Source: Candidatus Thorarchaeota archaeon
GTDB lineage: Archaea > Asgardarchaeota > Thorarchaeia > Thorarchaeales > Thorarchaeaceae
Length of the DNA: 32,223 nt
Assembly (NCBI GenBank): GCA_038893995.1
Contig: JAWAQK010000024.1
Span: forward strand, 1 to 32,223
Direction: 5' to 3'
Below are positions 18,065 through 27,306 of this stretch, in pieces. The number at the start of each line of letters is the position of its first letter. The first letter of the stretch is position 1. The position numbers and the translations under genes were made by a program. The notes beneath the pieces are model-generated. The model worked only from the letters and a program-made list of their open reading frames with translations, did no database searches and had not been told where the DNA came from.

Positions 18065-19792
18065 TCAGTTGGTGGTCGCCCTACCTCCACCTCTGGCGAG
18101 AATGACCTGCTCCAGGCGTTTCAGTACCCAGTCTGTGCCAAGCATATTGATGAACGGACCGATCCTGGGACCTGAATTGCGGGAGATGAGGACCATATAG
18201 ATGACTGCAAAGCCCCGTCTTTCTGGAACGCCGACCGAACGAGCTGCCTGGAACACGAGTGACTGGATCTCCCCGTCGCTCAAGCCAGGGGTTCGAAGCG
18301 AGTCTGCCAGGACACTCAGGAACTTGACATCCACATCACTCAGAGATGATAGCACATCATCTGGCACGGACTCCGTCACCCTGACGAGGTCGCGCTCAGA
18401 CCCATACTGTTGGACCCACCTCAGTGCCTGGCTGAGACGAGAGAGGACCAATGCTTGGGCAGTCCTGCTGAGACGACGTACGCCGTACCTCTTCTTTATC
18501 GATTCCATAGACCTCTGCAACATGAGATCGTGACCGATTATGTTCTCCAGCTGCGACATCAGCAGAGCGAACTTGAATGATAGCTTGGGCACAATCCTCT
18601 TCCTAACTGGACCCACCTCGCTGAGAGGATAGATGATCCGCACGATATTGGTCATGTCAGCGTCCGATGACTCAAGACCATAGTACACCATCTCGAGATG
18701 GTCGTACCTGTCGACCAGGTCTGGAATCAGTTCGGGCTGGATGTTCACAGTCCTCTGCAGATCTGTCTTCAGCATCAGATAGCGGTACACCTGAGGTGGA
18801 GCTATCTCAAGCCACGCCTTTGGTGTGAACACAATTCCCTCCGAAGTGGCCATGTCACGTCCCCCAATCTGAACCCACTCATATGGGACCTTGACTGGCC
18901 CTTGCCATCCAAAGACTCGCCGCGATATCTCGAGTCCTGTGTCGTAAGAACCTCCCTTGACAGCATGGTCCTTGCCCGCGGGTTCGCACGTCACATTCAA
19001 CAGGTGCCACTTTGCAGGCCAATCGACCCGCCATCCGAGTTTGACCCGAAGGGCGCCTAGCGGACCAGTATCTGAATGGCCACAATGACTGCATTCATAG
19101 GACACCATATCGGTCTCCGGGTCGTAACTAGACACCCGATTTGGCTGAATAGACCCCTTTACCCCAGACTGAATATGATTGCACTTGGGACATATGACAG
19201 ATACGGGGTACCAGTCTTGCATTGACCTGACATACTCCGCACGCTGCTCTGAGTCAAAGTCACGTGCCACGTACTCGATCATTATCTCACGGATGACCTC
19301 GGTATTACGAAGACAGGTCCTGACCTCTCTCAGCATACGCCGGTTCCTGTAGAGCTCTGAGGTCCATATGACTCTGGGGCGGATCCCAAAGTCCGGGAAC
19401 GTCGCCACGAGCTCGTTTGTCCAGTGACGACCAAAGCTCTCACAGCATCCAAACGGATCAGGAACATCACAATATGGAATGCCGGCCCACTCATCCAATC
19501 TTAGAGGTACGTCAGGAGGCAATGACCGCAGAGGGTCAAGGTCATCGACAACAAACAGTGTGACCGCCTGCTTTCCCAACGCTCGGAGCCTTCGTCTGAT
19601 GACATCACAGATGATCAGTTCACGCATTATCCCGATGTGAATACTTCCACTGGGACTCTTGCCACTGGAGATCACGTAGCGGTCTACGTTCCTGTCCAGT
19701 ACACGTTGCACTACATCTTCGATCCAATGGGTTGAGATCTCACCAGTCTGATCCGCTTCGGACACTCTGATCGACAGACACAGGCCCTTCAC
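18065..19792 (-). CDS. lysS: Class I lysyl-tRNA synthetase
   Basis: HWIE, SPSGSIHIG, DDLDPLR, CPKC/CSHC, WRVDWPAKW, EPAGKDH, MATSEG, GPRIGPF; start may lie slightly downstream. Confidence 0.95.
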   Translation of the reverse strand: MKGLCLSIRVSEADQTGEISTHWIEDVVQRVLDRNVDRYVISSGKSPSGSIHIGIMRELIICDVIRRRLRALGKQAVTLFVVDDLDPLRSLPPDVPLRLDEWAGIPYCDVPDPFGCCESFGRHWTNELVATFPDFGIRPRVIWTSELYRNRRMLREVRTCLRNTEVIREIMIEYVARDFDSEQRAEYVRSMQDWYPVSVICPKCNHIQSGVKGSIQPNRVSSYDPETDMVSYECSHCGHSDTGPLGALRVKLGWRVDWPAKWHLLNVTCEPAGKDHAVKGGSYDTGLEISRRVFGWQGPVKVPYEWVQIGGRDMATSEGIVFTPKAWLEIAPPQVYRYLMLKTDLQRTVNIQPELIPDLVDRYDHLEMVYYGLESSDADMTNIVRIIYPLSEVGPVRKRIVPKLSFKFALLMSQLENIIGHDLMLQRSMESIKKRYGVRRLSRTAQALVLSRLSQALRWVQQYGSERDLVRVTESVPDDVLSSLSDVDVKFLSVLADSLRTPGLSDGEIQSLVFQAARSVGVPERRGFAVIYMVLISRNSGPRIGPFINMLGTDWVLKRLEQVILARGGGRATTN

Positions 19793-19812
19793 ATTACTAA
19801 AGAAGGTTTTCT

Positions 19813-21666
19813 TCAGACGGCAAACTCAGACACGTGAAGGTCGGAACGTTGGTTGAGGATCATATGAACCGGAATGCAAGATATTAGAACTACCGCCACG
19901 AGGGTGGCAAGCATGGCGACAAAGAACGTGGGTATGAACAGAATATGTGGGACAGCTGCCTCTGGCACCAGGAAGTAGACACTCACAATGAGGGCCAGGA
20001 CAACACCGGGGATACCTCCCCTGAGACATATGTCAAGTCCCTCCGCTGCTATTGTCTTGGTGATAAACCGCGGACTGGCACCTATGGACCGCATGATGAC
20101 ATAGTCCCTGATTCGACTCGAGAACGACACCAGTAGGTAGTTGGCGAGACTCAATACAGCCCCCAAGAGCGCAACCACGACAAGAGGTTTCACAAGAAAC
20201 CAGATGGCTGATACGGTCTGAATGTTACTTTGGACAACAGAGTCCTGCACTAATGTCTCGAAACCGTATGACGACGCGAGTTCCCCGAGACTGGCGAGAA
20301 CTTCTGTTGACAGGGATCTCAGCCTGACGAGAAGTAGATTCGTGCCGTCAGTACTCCACAGTGTCCTCATCTCGTCCAATGACATCAGGGCCAGCATTCC
20401 CCCGTTGCACACGTCGAATGCCACCCCCGTGACGCTGAAGGTCACTCCGCGGATACGCACATCCTGAAGAAGCGGATCCTCAAACATTCGACGGGCCGCC
20501 TCACCACCTATCATGACATCGCGACTCGACATGGCCATGGACCCGTAGTAGTACCAGTCAGAAACTGTGAGGTCCCAGTCAATACCGACCACCAGCAGAG
20601 TCGCGTTCCTGTGATCGCCTATCAATCTATGATCCTCGAGTTGGGGGTCCCACACAACTTCGGGCAATTCATAGGCAGTTTCGGACTCTATGAGGCGAGG
20701 CTCCAATTGCAGGACTCCATCCTGGACCGCGAGCGCGGTCAGAAGGTCGGCAGGAACCATGTAGTCGGACTGAATGAAGGTGAAGTTCTCGTCTACGGGG
20801 GTGCCTGTCAGAGAGAGTGAACTCGCATACCTCGAGAGTACATCATGATGCCCGACGAGGACTACGTTGGAACCAGCAGAGCGAAGGATGTAGGCATCGG
20901 TAGTGGTTTCGACGACAGCACTTCCGGCCCACATCAACGATGCGAGTGTCACGCTGAGGAATAGGGATAGAATGACTCTCTTGGTGCCCCTGGCCCTTCG
21001 CGCGGTGGCCCGGCTGGCCACTCTGAACGACAGACCTAACGAGTCCAAGTAACCGGCGTGTCTTACATCCTTGCTGACTCGAGGGTTGAGGGCACCGATC
21101 GGAGTGTCGTTGATGACCCTCTGTATGGACTGCTGGGCTGCAAGATACCCGACAAGGATGACCAGCAGGACCATCAGACCTATCATCAATATAGGATATT
21201 GAAATACTAGCTCAACTCCGGCCAACACCGCGGACAACCACACGAGCGAGCCCATATATGCGACCGAACCGACAGCCACTCCGAGTGCGGTCCCACTCAA
21301 GAGAATGACGAGTGATTGTACAACAAAATGATCGTTTATCGTGTCAAGATCGATGCCAATCGATTTCATCAGCCCGATGTCACGCTGCCGATTCACCATC
21401 TCAAGATAGACCATCCCGGATACTAGGACCATGATGAGTCCGAGGGAAAACATGAGCGCAATCCAGATGAAGTCCGTGAGAAACACGTATAGCACAGACA
21501 GCTGTCCGAGTGAAGTCACATACTCTGTGACGTTGAAGAATGCACTGCCAAAGAGAAGTAGAAACGTGGTGAACGCCATGGCACTGAGGACGGAGATCAG
21601 TAACATCTGGAAGTGGAAGTGCCTGCGTCTCAGGTCCGTAGAGGCATAATCCACACGTTCAGACAT
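19813..21666 (-). CDS. FtsX/MacB-family ABC permease (two FtsX modules)
   Basis: RQRDIGLMKSIG and RIRDYVIMRSIGAS motifs; large extracytoplasmic domain in the second half. Confidence 0.85.
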   Translation of the reverse strand: MSERVDYASTDLRRRHFHFQMLLISVLSAMAFTTFLLLFGSAFFNVTEYVTSLGQLSVLYVFLTDFIWIALMFSLGLIMVLVSGMVYLEMVNRQRDIGLMKSIGIDLDTINDHFVVQSLVILLSGTALGVAVGSVAYMGSLVWLSAVLAGVELVFQYPILMIGLMVLLVILVGYLAAQQSIQRVINDTPIGALNPRVSKDVRHAGYLDSLGLSFRVASRATARRARGTKRVILSLFLSVTLASLMWAGSAVVETTTDAYILRSAGSNVVLVGHHDVLSRYASSLSLTGTPVDENFTFIQSDYMVPADLLTALAVQDGVLQLEPRLIESETAYELPEVVWDPQLEDHRLIGDHRNATLLVVGIDWDLTVSDWYYYGSMAMSSRDVMIGGEAARRMFEDPLLQDVRIRGVTFSVTGVAFDVCNGGMLALMSLDEMRTLWSTDGTNLLLVRLRSLSTEVLASLGELASSYGFETLVQDSVVQSNIQTVSAIWFLVKPLVVVALLGAVLSLANYLLVSFSSRIRDYVIMRSIGASPRFITKTIAAEGLDICLRGGIPGVVLALIVSVYFLVPEAAVPHILFIPTFFVAMLATLVAVVLISCIPVHMILNQRSDLHVSEFAV

Positions 21667-22456
21667 CGCGAGTCAGAACGCCTCCATCCAATCTGTAGCT
21701 GACTGCACCATCCCGTCTGATGATCTTCTCGTCATGGGTCATCACGATGACTGTCTTTCCCTGTGTGTTAAGGCTGCTGAGTAGGTCACGTATACTCGCT
21801 GCGCTGTCAACGTCCAGATTTGCCGTCGGTTCGTCAGCAAGGATGAGTGGGGGATCGTTTGCAATTGCTCGAGCAATTGCCACTCGCTGCTGCTCTCCAG
21901 AACTGAGCTGCCACGGTAGATGATCTTCCCGTGTCTCCATTCTCACCATTTGGAGAAGCTCGACCGCGCGTCTGCGCGCCTCCGATGTTGAAGCGCCAGT
22001 GACCTGTATTGGAAACATGACATTCTCCAGTGCCGTAAAGGTCGAGATGAGGTTGTAGCTCTGAAAGATGAAGCCTGTATTGATCAGCCTGAAGTTCGCC
22101 CTGAAGGACTCGTCATAATCGTTTAGGGGGACGTCCATCACAAACACCTTACCAGATGTCGGCCGATCAAGTCCGCCGATGATGTTCAGCAGAGTCGTCT
22201 TGCCCGAGCCGGAGGGACCGTGAACTGCAACATACTCGCCGACATCGACCACTAGGTCAACGGACCTCAGTGCCTCGATTCTTCTGCTGTCAATTTCATA
22301 CGTCCGACTCACATTGACCAGCTTCACTGCATGCTTGGCCTCAAATCCCTCGGAACTCAGTGACGCCTCTATGTCGCCAGCGATGCTATGATTCGGGTCT
22401 TTCAATTCGTACTGACTCCTAGGATGTATGTCTATGTCGGATGAGTTCGGTAACAC
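21659..22456 (-). CDS. ABC ATP-binding protein, LolD/MacB type
   Basis: GPSGSGKTT, GFIFQSYNL, LSSGEQQRVAIARA, DEPTANLD, MTHD; exact start uncertain. Confidence 0.92.
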   Translation of the reverse strand: MLPNSSDIDIHPRSQYELKDPNHSIAGDIEASLSSEGFEAKHAVKLVNVSRTYEIDSRRIEALRSVDLVVDVGEYVAVHGPSGSGKTTLLNIIGGLDRPTSGKVFVMDVPLNDYDESFRANFRLINTGFIFQSYNLISTFTALENVMFPIQVTGASTSEARRRAVELLQMVRMETREDHLPWQLSSGEQQRVAIARAIANDPPLILADEPTANLDVDSAASIRDLLSSLNTQGKTVIVMTHDEKIIRRDGAVSYRLDGGVLTRDV

Positions 22457-22513
22457 AGATATCTGAAGAAGATAAACCTGAGGCTGTTGACCAGTTTCGG
22501 AGCACCTTATCTA

Positions 22514-23278
22514 TTAGCAGCCCCCAGAGGGGAGGAAGCATGCAAGCGATGCGAGTACCGAGTGGGCCGATTCTGTGAGCGTCAGCGGCCGCTCACGACC
22601 AAACACGGGGACAGTCTTGAGGACACCCATCTCCACCAGGAGCGATACGTAGTAAGATATCAGACTCTTGTCCATCTTCAACTCTCTACTGAGTTCGGCC
22701 TGTGTGATGCGACCACTTGACATGCATCTCTCGATAATCCCTAGGATACTTGGGTTACGAAGCAGTGCAGTGATCTTCATGAGTTCCGTGTTGTTGGAGA
22801 AGCTACTCGGGAATAGATGTCTGGTGTTGCCAATCCTGAGGGACACTATCACGCCGTCGTCTTCCATCAGCCGAATGTGGTACTGAATAGCGCCCACTGC
22901 ACAACCGACGACCCTCCGCAGTTCCCTCAGATGGATGCCTGGCTGACATTCAATCTCTTGAATGATCCTGTCACGGAGCTTTGATATCCGCTCGGCACGT
23001 TTCTCAACTACAACTGTACCCGTCACTACCAGAAGACCCACTGGGAGACTGACCGTTTCAATGTCAGTGGACCACGCAGCAGCAGTACCGATGGCGAAGT
23101 GGATCCCAGCGAGTGGCAGAGACTCTGACACACCAGTCAGTGAGTCAGACAGGTCCTGCAACATCCAGTCCCCGTCACCAGATGGACTCTGGACCTGGCT
23201 GTTCACAATACCAACTACGATTAGCGATATCAGTAAGATGAACGCGAACCTCAGGCCACTGCGCTCCATACTTCTCAT
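22514..23278 (-). CDS. Membrane-associated tandem winged-helix transcriptional regulator
   Basis: N-terminal hydrophobic segments; R.RI...I...PGIHLREL....G.IQYH...M; second wHTH ITQAELSREL.MDKSLISYYV..L...G. Confidence 0.75.
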   Translation of the reverse strand: MRSMERSGLRFAFILLISLIVVGIVNSQVQSPSGDGDWMLQDLSDSLTGVSESLPLAGIHFAIGTAAAWSTDIETVSLPVGLLVVTGTVVVEKRAERISKLRDRIIQEIECQPGIHLRELRRVVGCAVGAIQYHIRLMEDDGVIVSLRIGNTRHLFPSSFSNNTELMKITALLRNPSILGIIERCMSSGRITQAELSRELKMDKSLISYYVSLLVEMGVLKTVPVFGRERPLTLTESAHSVLASLACFLPSGGC

Positions 23279-23332
23279 CAGTCCCTTTCGAGTTCGAATC
23301 CAGTTAAGTCCTCTGTTAGGGAAAAGGCTGTA

Positions 23333-23890
23333 CTAACGAGTCTCGCCTCTTGCGGGGTAGGTCAGGGTGATCTTGAACTGACAGCTTGGCGCTCCGACAG
23401 ACATGCAATTCTCCTCAACGACAAGGAGCTTCTCAAAGGTCAGCCTGTTGTAGTCTGCAAGATACTCAAGCACTGCCTCTATGAAGCCTCTCAGGAAATA
23501 GCATGACGGCTCGGAACTCTGAAGACCTGATGCGTACGGGTTGTCCTTGACCTCGATTATGGCCTCCTCGTCAAGCCACAACTTGTACAGCTTGATGATG
23601 TTGACGTCACCGAATGGAACGATGAGTGTGGCCAGTGCCAGTCTTATGAACTCCACGATTCCCTTGAAGTCGCCTGGTGGCTTCTGCTTGGCGACCTTGA
23701 AGTATTCTCTCTGGGCCTCCAGACCTGCCAGTCGCCCTGCACTGTAATATAGGTCCTTTACCCGGTCGGGAAATATAGCTGCTATACGGTTGCCGATCTT
23801 GGTCCAGGTCTTTGCAAAGAAGACTCTCATCAACTCGCGTTCTTTGAGTTTTCCCTGCCACCAGGGCAGCACTTCAGGTTCCTTAGACAT
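23333..23890 (-). CDS. V4R-domain protein
   Basis: YSAGRLAG, DNPY, PSCYFLRGFIEA, EENCMSVGAPSCQF; ATG 23890 follows GGGAGAG. Confidence 0.8.
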   Translation of the reverse strand: MSKEPEVLPWWQGKLKERELMRVFFAKTWTKIGNRIAAIFPDRVKDLYYSAGRLAGLEAQREYFKVAKQKPPGDFKGIVEFIRLALATLIVPFGDVNIIKLYKLWLDEEAIIEVKDNPYASGLQSSEPSCYFLRGFIEAVLEYLADYNRLTFEKLLVVEENCMSVGAPSCQFKITLTYPARGETR

Positions 23891-23945
23891 CTGTTCTCTC
23901 CCAAGGCTCTGAATGAATAAGAGCGATATGTGTCTTTTTGTTATC

Positions 23946-24419
23946 TTACACCAGCCGAATGTTCCAGATGCATGACGCGCCGCCGAGAGCACGACAAGAC
24001 TCCTCAAAGACCGTTGCCTTTACGCCTTTCAGTTCGAGGATGGATTCGAGAATGCCACTGAACACTTCGCAGTAGCCAAAGCCGCGCATTCCCTCCAGAT
24101 TGACCTCCTGACACCATACACAGGACGAGTCCGACACCCTAACCGAGCCCCGAGCGGACTCCATATCGAGTTCTGACGGCTTTCGATCAAACAGTGTCCG
24201 GAACAGTACGTCAACAAGGCGCGTCACATCCTCACGTGTCGTGATTGTCTCCTTTGTCTTCTCGGCAATGTCCGTGTTGAGGTAAATATTCTGACCAATT
24301 GTCTTTCCCAGCTCATGAAGCTTGGCGTTTGCCTCGTCTATGCTCTTCGTCGTGGCAAGGATCTCATCCACAATATGCCCATAGATACCCAGTAGAAGTG
24401 GATTCTCAATCTTTGGCAT
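23946..24419 (-). CDS. Bet3/TRAPPC3-like V4R-superfamily protein (paralog A)
   Basis: KIENPLLLGIYGHIVDEIL...DEANAKLHELGKTIG resembles the Bet3 N-terminus (IN.ELF.LTYG.LV.QL...VN.QL..MG..IG); YCEVFSGILESIL, EESCRALGGASC. Confidence 0.75.
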   Translation of the reverse strand: MPKIENPLLLGIYGHIVDEILATTKSIDEANAKLHELGKTIGQNIYLNTDIAEKTKETITTREDVTRLVDVLFRTLFDRKPSELDMESARGSVRVSDSSCVWCQEVNLEGMRGFGYCEVFSGILESILELKGVKATVFEESCRALGGASCIWNIRLV

Positions 24420-24455
24420 TCAGAATCAGCCTCATCAGTTCTCTCATGACAGACT

Positions 24456-25454
24456 CTACAGGGGACGGCCCACTATCTTGAGCCCAGCCTTTCTGTAGAT
24501 GGCAAGAATCTGTATGACCCTGGATTCGGGAATCCCGATCCGTTCTGCGATGTCCTGGGACGTGTTCTTCCCATTGCATAGCTCGATCACCGCACGATCC
24601 TCTGGCCGGACTTTGCTGATGTCACCCTCGAAGACAGGTACCTTCACGATTCGAGTCGGACGTGTCTCGACGGCTGTTTCTTCTTTCTCACGTTCCACAA
24701 CGGGCACATTGACTATTCCTCTTGACGCAGCCCACTTCAGCAGCTCAACAACCCTCTCTGTGGGCTGGAACATGCTCTCTGCAATCTGACCGACTGTGAA
24801 ATTACCATTCACGAGCATGAGTACGTCGAAGCCAAAGTTGCGGTAGAGGGATTTCATCTCATTGTACAGATCGGAGTCCAGTGATAGAGCCCTCGAGTAT
24901 GCTTCGCCGCGAGTCGGAACAGTAGATGAGCTGACATCAAAGTCGCTGGGTGCGCGTGGTTTCACCTGTGGGGGAGCAGTGGTGGTCACAGGAGGAGCTG
25001 TCTCGGTGAGCTCGGGCGCGGTTGATGGTTCTTCGGCCTCTGTAGAGGCCGCCACCATGGCGATGGACTCTAGGACCTGGAGATTCCCCTCTGCAGACTC
25101 CTCGAAGTCTGTCGGAGGGGGCGGCAGCTGAATTCCCTCAAGTAGTCTGAGTACATTCTTCGTCTTTGCGATTGCCAGCCCCAGCTGTAGCTCCGGTACA
25201 TAGAGGACCGTGAGGATCCAGTTGTCGTCAACAGGAGCAAGCACTACGAGTCCCCTGTCAGTATCAATGGTCATCAGTCGCAGATCGGTCTTGTAGAGTC
25301 TTATGCTGTCCTTTACTCTCGGAAATAGCTCATCGGGAAATGCAAAGCTGACAAAAGGTCTGCCGGCCTTCGTCATGAGCGAGTAGCCTAACACCTGATC
25401 GTCGAACCTGAGTTTCGATAGAGCACGTTCCAGATCGCCGGCCAAACCAGACAC
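24456..25454 (-). CDS. Roadblock/LC7-like domain + Pro/Thr-rich linker + two winged helices (paralog A)
   Basis: VLGYSLMTKAG..., LGLAIAKTK roadblock pattern; LPPPPT; VNGNFTVGQIA and CNGKNTSQDIA wHTH units. Confidence 0.65.
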   Translation of the reverse strand: MSGLAGDLERALSKLRFDDQVLGYSLMTKAGRPFVSFAFPDELFPRVKDSIRLYKTDLRLMTIDTDRGLVVLAPVDDNWILTVLYVPELQLGLAIAKTKNVLRLLEGIQLPPPPTDFEESAEGNLQVLESIAMVAASTEAEEPSTAPELTETAPPVTTTAPPQVKPRAPSDFDVSSSTVPTRGEAYSRALSLDSDLYNEMKSLYRNFGFDVLMLVNGNFTVGQIAESMFQPTERVVELLKWAASRGIVNVPVVEREKEETAVETRPTRIVKVPVFEGDISKVRPEDRAVIELCNGKNTSQDIAERIGIPESRVIQILAIYRKAGLKIVGRPL

Positions 25455-25624
25455 CTCTCAAGAATAGGACAGCGGTCCACTGTCACTGATTCATCTACGT
25501 CATCTTCTGAAAAGTATTTTGGTGACGTGAGTATTACATTGCATCTTCCTCGACGGGAGTGAAGTCGGGAAAACGTTAAGTTGACGACAGATGGGACAGC
25601 CTAGCGACTGACGAGGACTGAAAG

Positions 25625-26188
25625 ATGAGGAATATCCTTGCGGGGCTGGCGGGAATATTGTGGGGCTCGCTTGTACTCACGTCGGCGCTGCCCGTCCAGG
25701 GGCCCGACATGCTTGTGCATTGCCCCGCGACTACTATCCTGTTCGGAGTTTCGAGACTGTGCTGTTCAACCACTTGGACCTCCAATGCTCAGGAGACTGT
25801 CTTCTTTGTCACTGCATGGGTCATCGTTGGAGTGTTCGCCGGACTCTTCTCAAGGCCAGGGTGGAATCTGGTGAGGACTGTCCTGTGGGCGGCACTACTT
25901 GTCGCAATCGCCGCCATCTCTACTCAGCTGATGGTCGATGCCAGTTTCTGGACATCCGCAGAACGAAACATGATCATCCTGTCAATAACATTCTCATCAT
26001 TGAGCCCGTCTCCGGTCGCACTCATGAGTGCCCTGCCCGTGACCGTAATGCTGAAGCGTCTGAGGCGGAGACAGGAGAGACCACTGCCGGCAATCATCGA
26101 GACAGTCTGTGAGTGCGGCGCCCGTTTCAAGTCCAATCCGGTAATATGTTCTGTCTGTGGCCGCACCCTGCGCGACGAGACCACCTGA
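25625..26188 (+). CDS. Membrane protein with C-terminal zinc ribbon
   Basis: About 4 TM segments; CECG...CSVCG at the C-terminus. Confidence 0.65.
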   Translation: MRNILAGLAGILWGSLVLTSALPVQGPDMLVHCPATTILFGVSRLCCSTTWTSNAQETVFFVTAWVIVGVFAGLFSRPGWNLVRTVLWAALLVAIAAISTQLMVDASFWTSAERNMIILSITFSSLSPSPVALMSALPVTVMLKRLRRRQERPLPAIIETVCECGARFKSNPVICSVCGRTLRDETT

Positions 26189-26189
26189 T

Positions 26190-26693
26190 TCATGCCCGCT
26201 GACGGCTGATGGCTCCGCCGAGCAGGCCGCCAATGATGGCCGACGCGGCCGGGTAGACGCAACCCTCGAGCAGGTACTGGAGCAGTAGCATGGATGCACT
26301 ACCCAGGAGGGCACCGACGTCAGTCGTAGTGACCAGGAACAGGAGCAACCATGTCAGCAGCGCGCCGGTCATCACTGATGAGACAGCAGCAAATAGCGCT
26401 CGTATTATGTCTCGCGAGATCAGACCTCCGACGAGCCCGCCAGTTCCCCATGCCAGAAACATGAGGACAGAAACATGCTGTGAACCAAGGGAGAGCTGAG
26501 TTCCGACTACGGGAGGATACAGTACCGTTCCAACTATTGCCAGTTTGAGCTCAAGATCAGTGCGCGTCAGGAAGTCCTGGACTACGTACTGTCCAATCAG
26601 GACTTCAGGCATGGTCAGCCCAAGGGCCAGTATCGTGAACACTATGACGAAACTGGTGACTAGTCCAATGAGCGAACCCAATAGTTGACGCAC
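26190..26693 (-). CDS. 4-TM membrane protein, glycine-rich helices
   Basis: GAGGAG RBS; AWGTGGLVGGLISR; IIGGLLGGAISR. Confidence 0.7.
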   Translation of the reverse strand: MRQLLGSLIGLVTSFVIVFTILALGLTMPEVLIGQYVVQDFLTRTDLELKLAIVGTVLYPPVVGTQLSLGSQHVSVLMFLAWGTGGLVGGLISRDIIRALFAAVSSVMTGALLTWLLLFLVTTTDVGALLGSASMLLLQYLLEGCVYPAASAIIGGLLGGAISRQRA

Positions 26694-26783
26694 TGGTTCC
26701 AGCTCCTCTCCATCAAATGGTCCAGGCTAACAGAGTCCCGAAGGCATTTATAGATATTCCAGAGACAGACCCAGGAAGGCCAA

Positions 26784-27257
26784 CTACTCATGAGACTTTA
26801 TGACCCACGTGCAGACGTCATCGCCCACTGCTCTACATGACTCCTGGTACGTTTCCCCCTTGAATCCCCTGAGATCCAATACTGCCTGGAATACTCCACT
26901 GATCAGGTTGCAGTACTGGAGACCGGGCATGTCAGTGATCTGCACACCCTCACAGATTGGGCACTTTGCATCCGTGAACTTTAGGGTCTTGCGGTCACTG
27001 CTGACCCATACATTAGTGAACCTCTGCCCTGAATTCACACTGTAGGCAAGTTGAAGGGTGGAGGCAAACTCATGAAACTTCTTTGCGTGTTTCTTTATCT
27101 TCTCTGCGTAGTCCATGAGCAGATGCTCTCCAACTCTGAAGCCCACCTCTTTCACCCGACGGTTTATGTCATCAACATTTGGACTCGTCTGGATGAAATA
27201 GTTCATCAACTCGCGATACATCGCCTGGAACAGAGGCAATGACACCTTTCGTATCAT
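26784..27257 (-). CDS. Bet3/Trs31(TRAPPC5)-like V4R-superfamily protein (paralog B)
   Basis: KVSLPLFQAMYRELMNYF...VDDINRRVKEVGFRVGEHLL resembles Trs31/Bet3; LQYCNLISGVFQAVL..GF; CPIC and SCRAVGDDVC. Likely ATG 27257; the ORF extends to 27314. Confidence 0.75.
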   Translation of the reverse strand: MIRKVSLPLFQAMYRELMNYFIQTSPNVDDINRRVKEVGFRVGEHLLMDYAEKIKKHAKKFHEFASTLQLAYSVNSGQRFTNVWVSSDRKTLKFTDAKCPICEGVQITDMPGLQYCNLISGVFQAVLDLRGFKGETYQESCRAVGDDVCTWVIKSHE

Positions 27258-27306
27258 GAAGTTCCACGCAATTGCACCCTTTACACGTGACAATCTCAAC
27301 ACGCTC

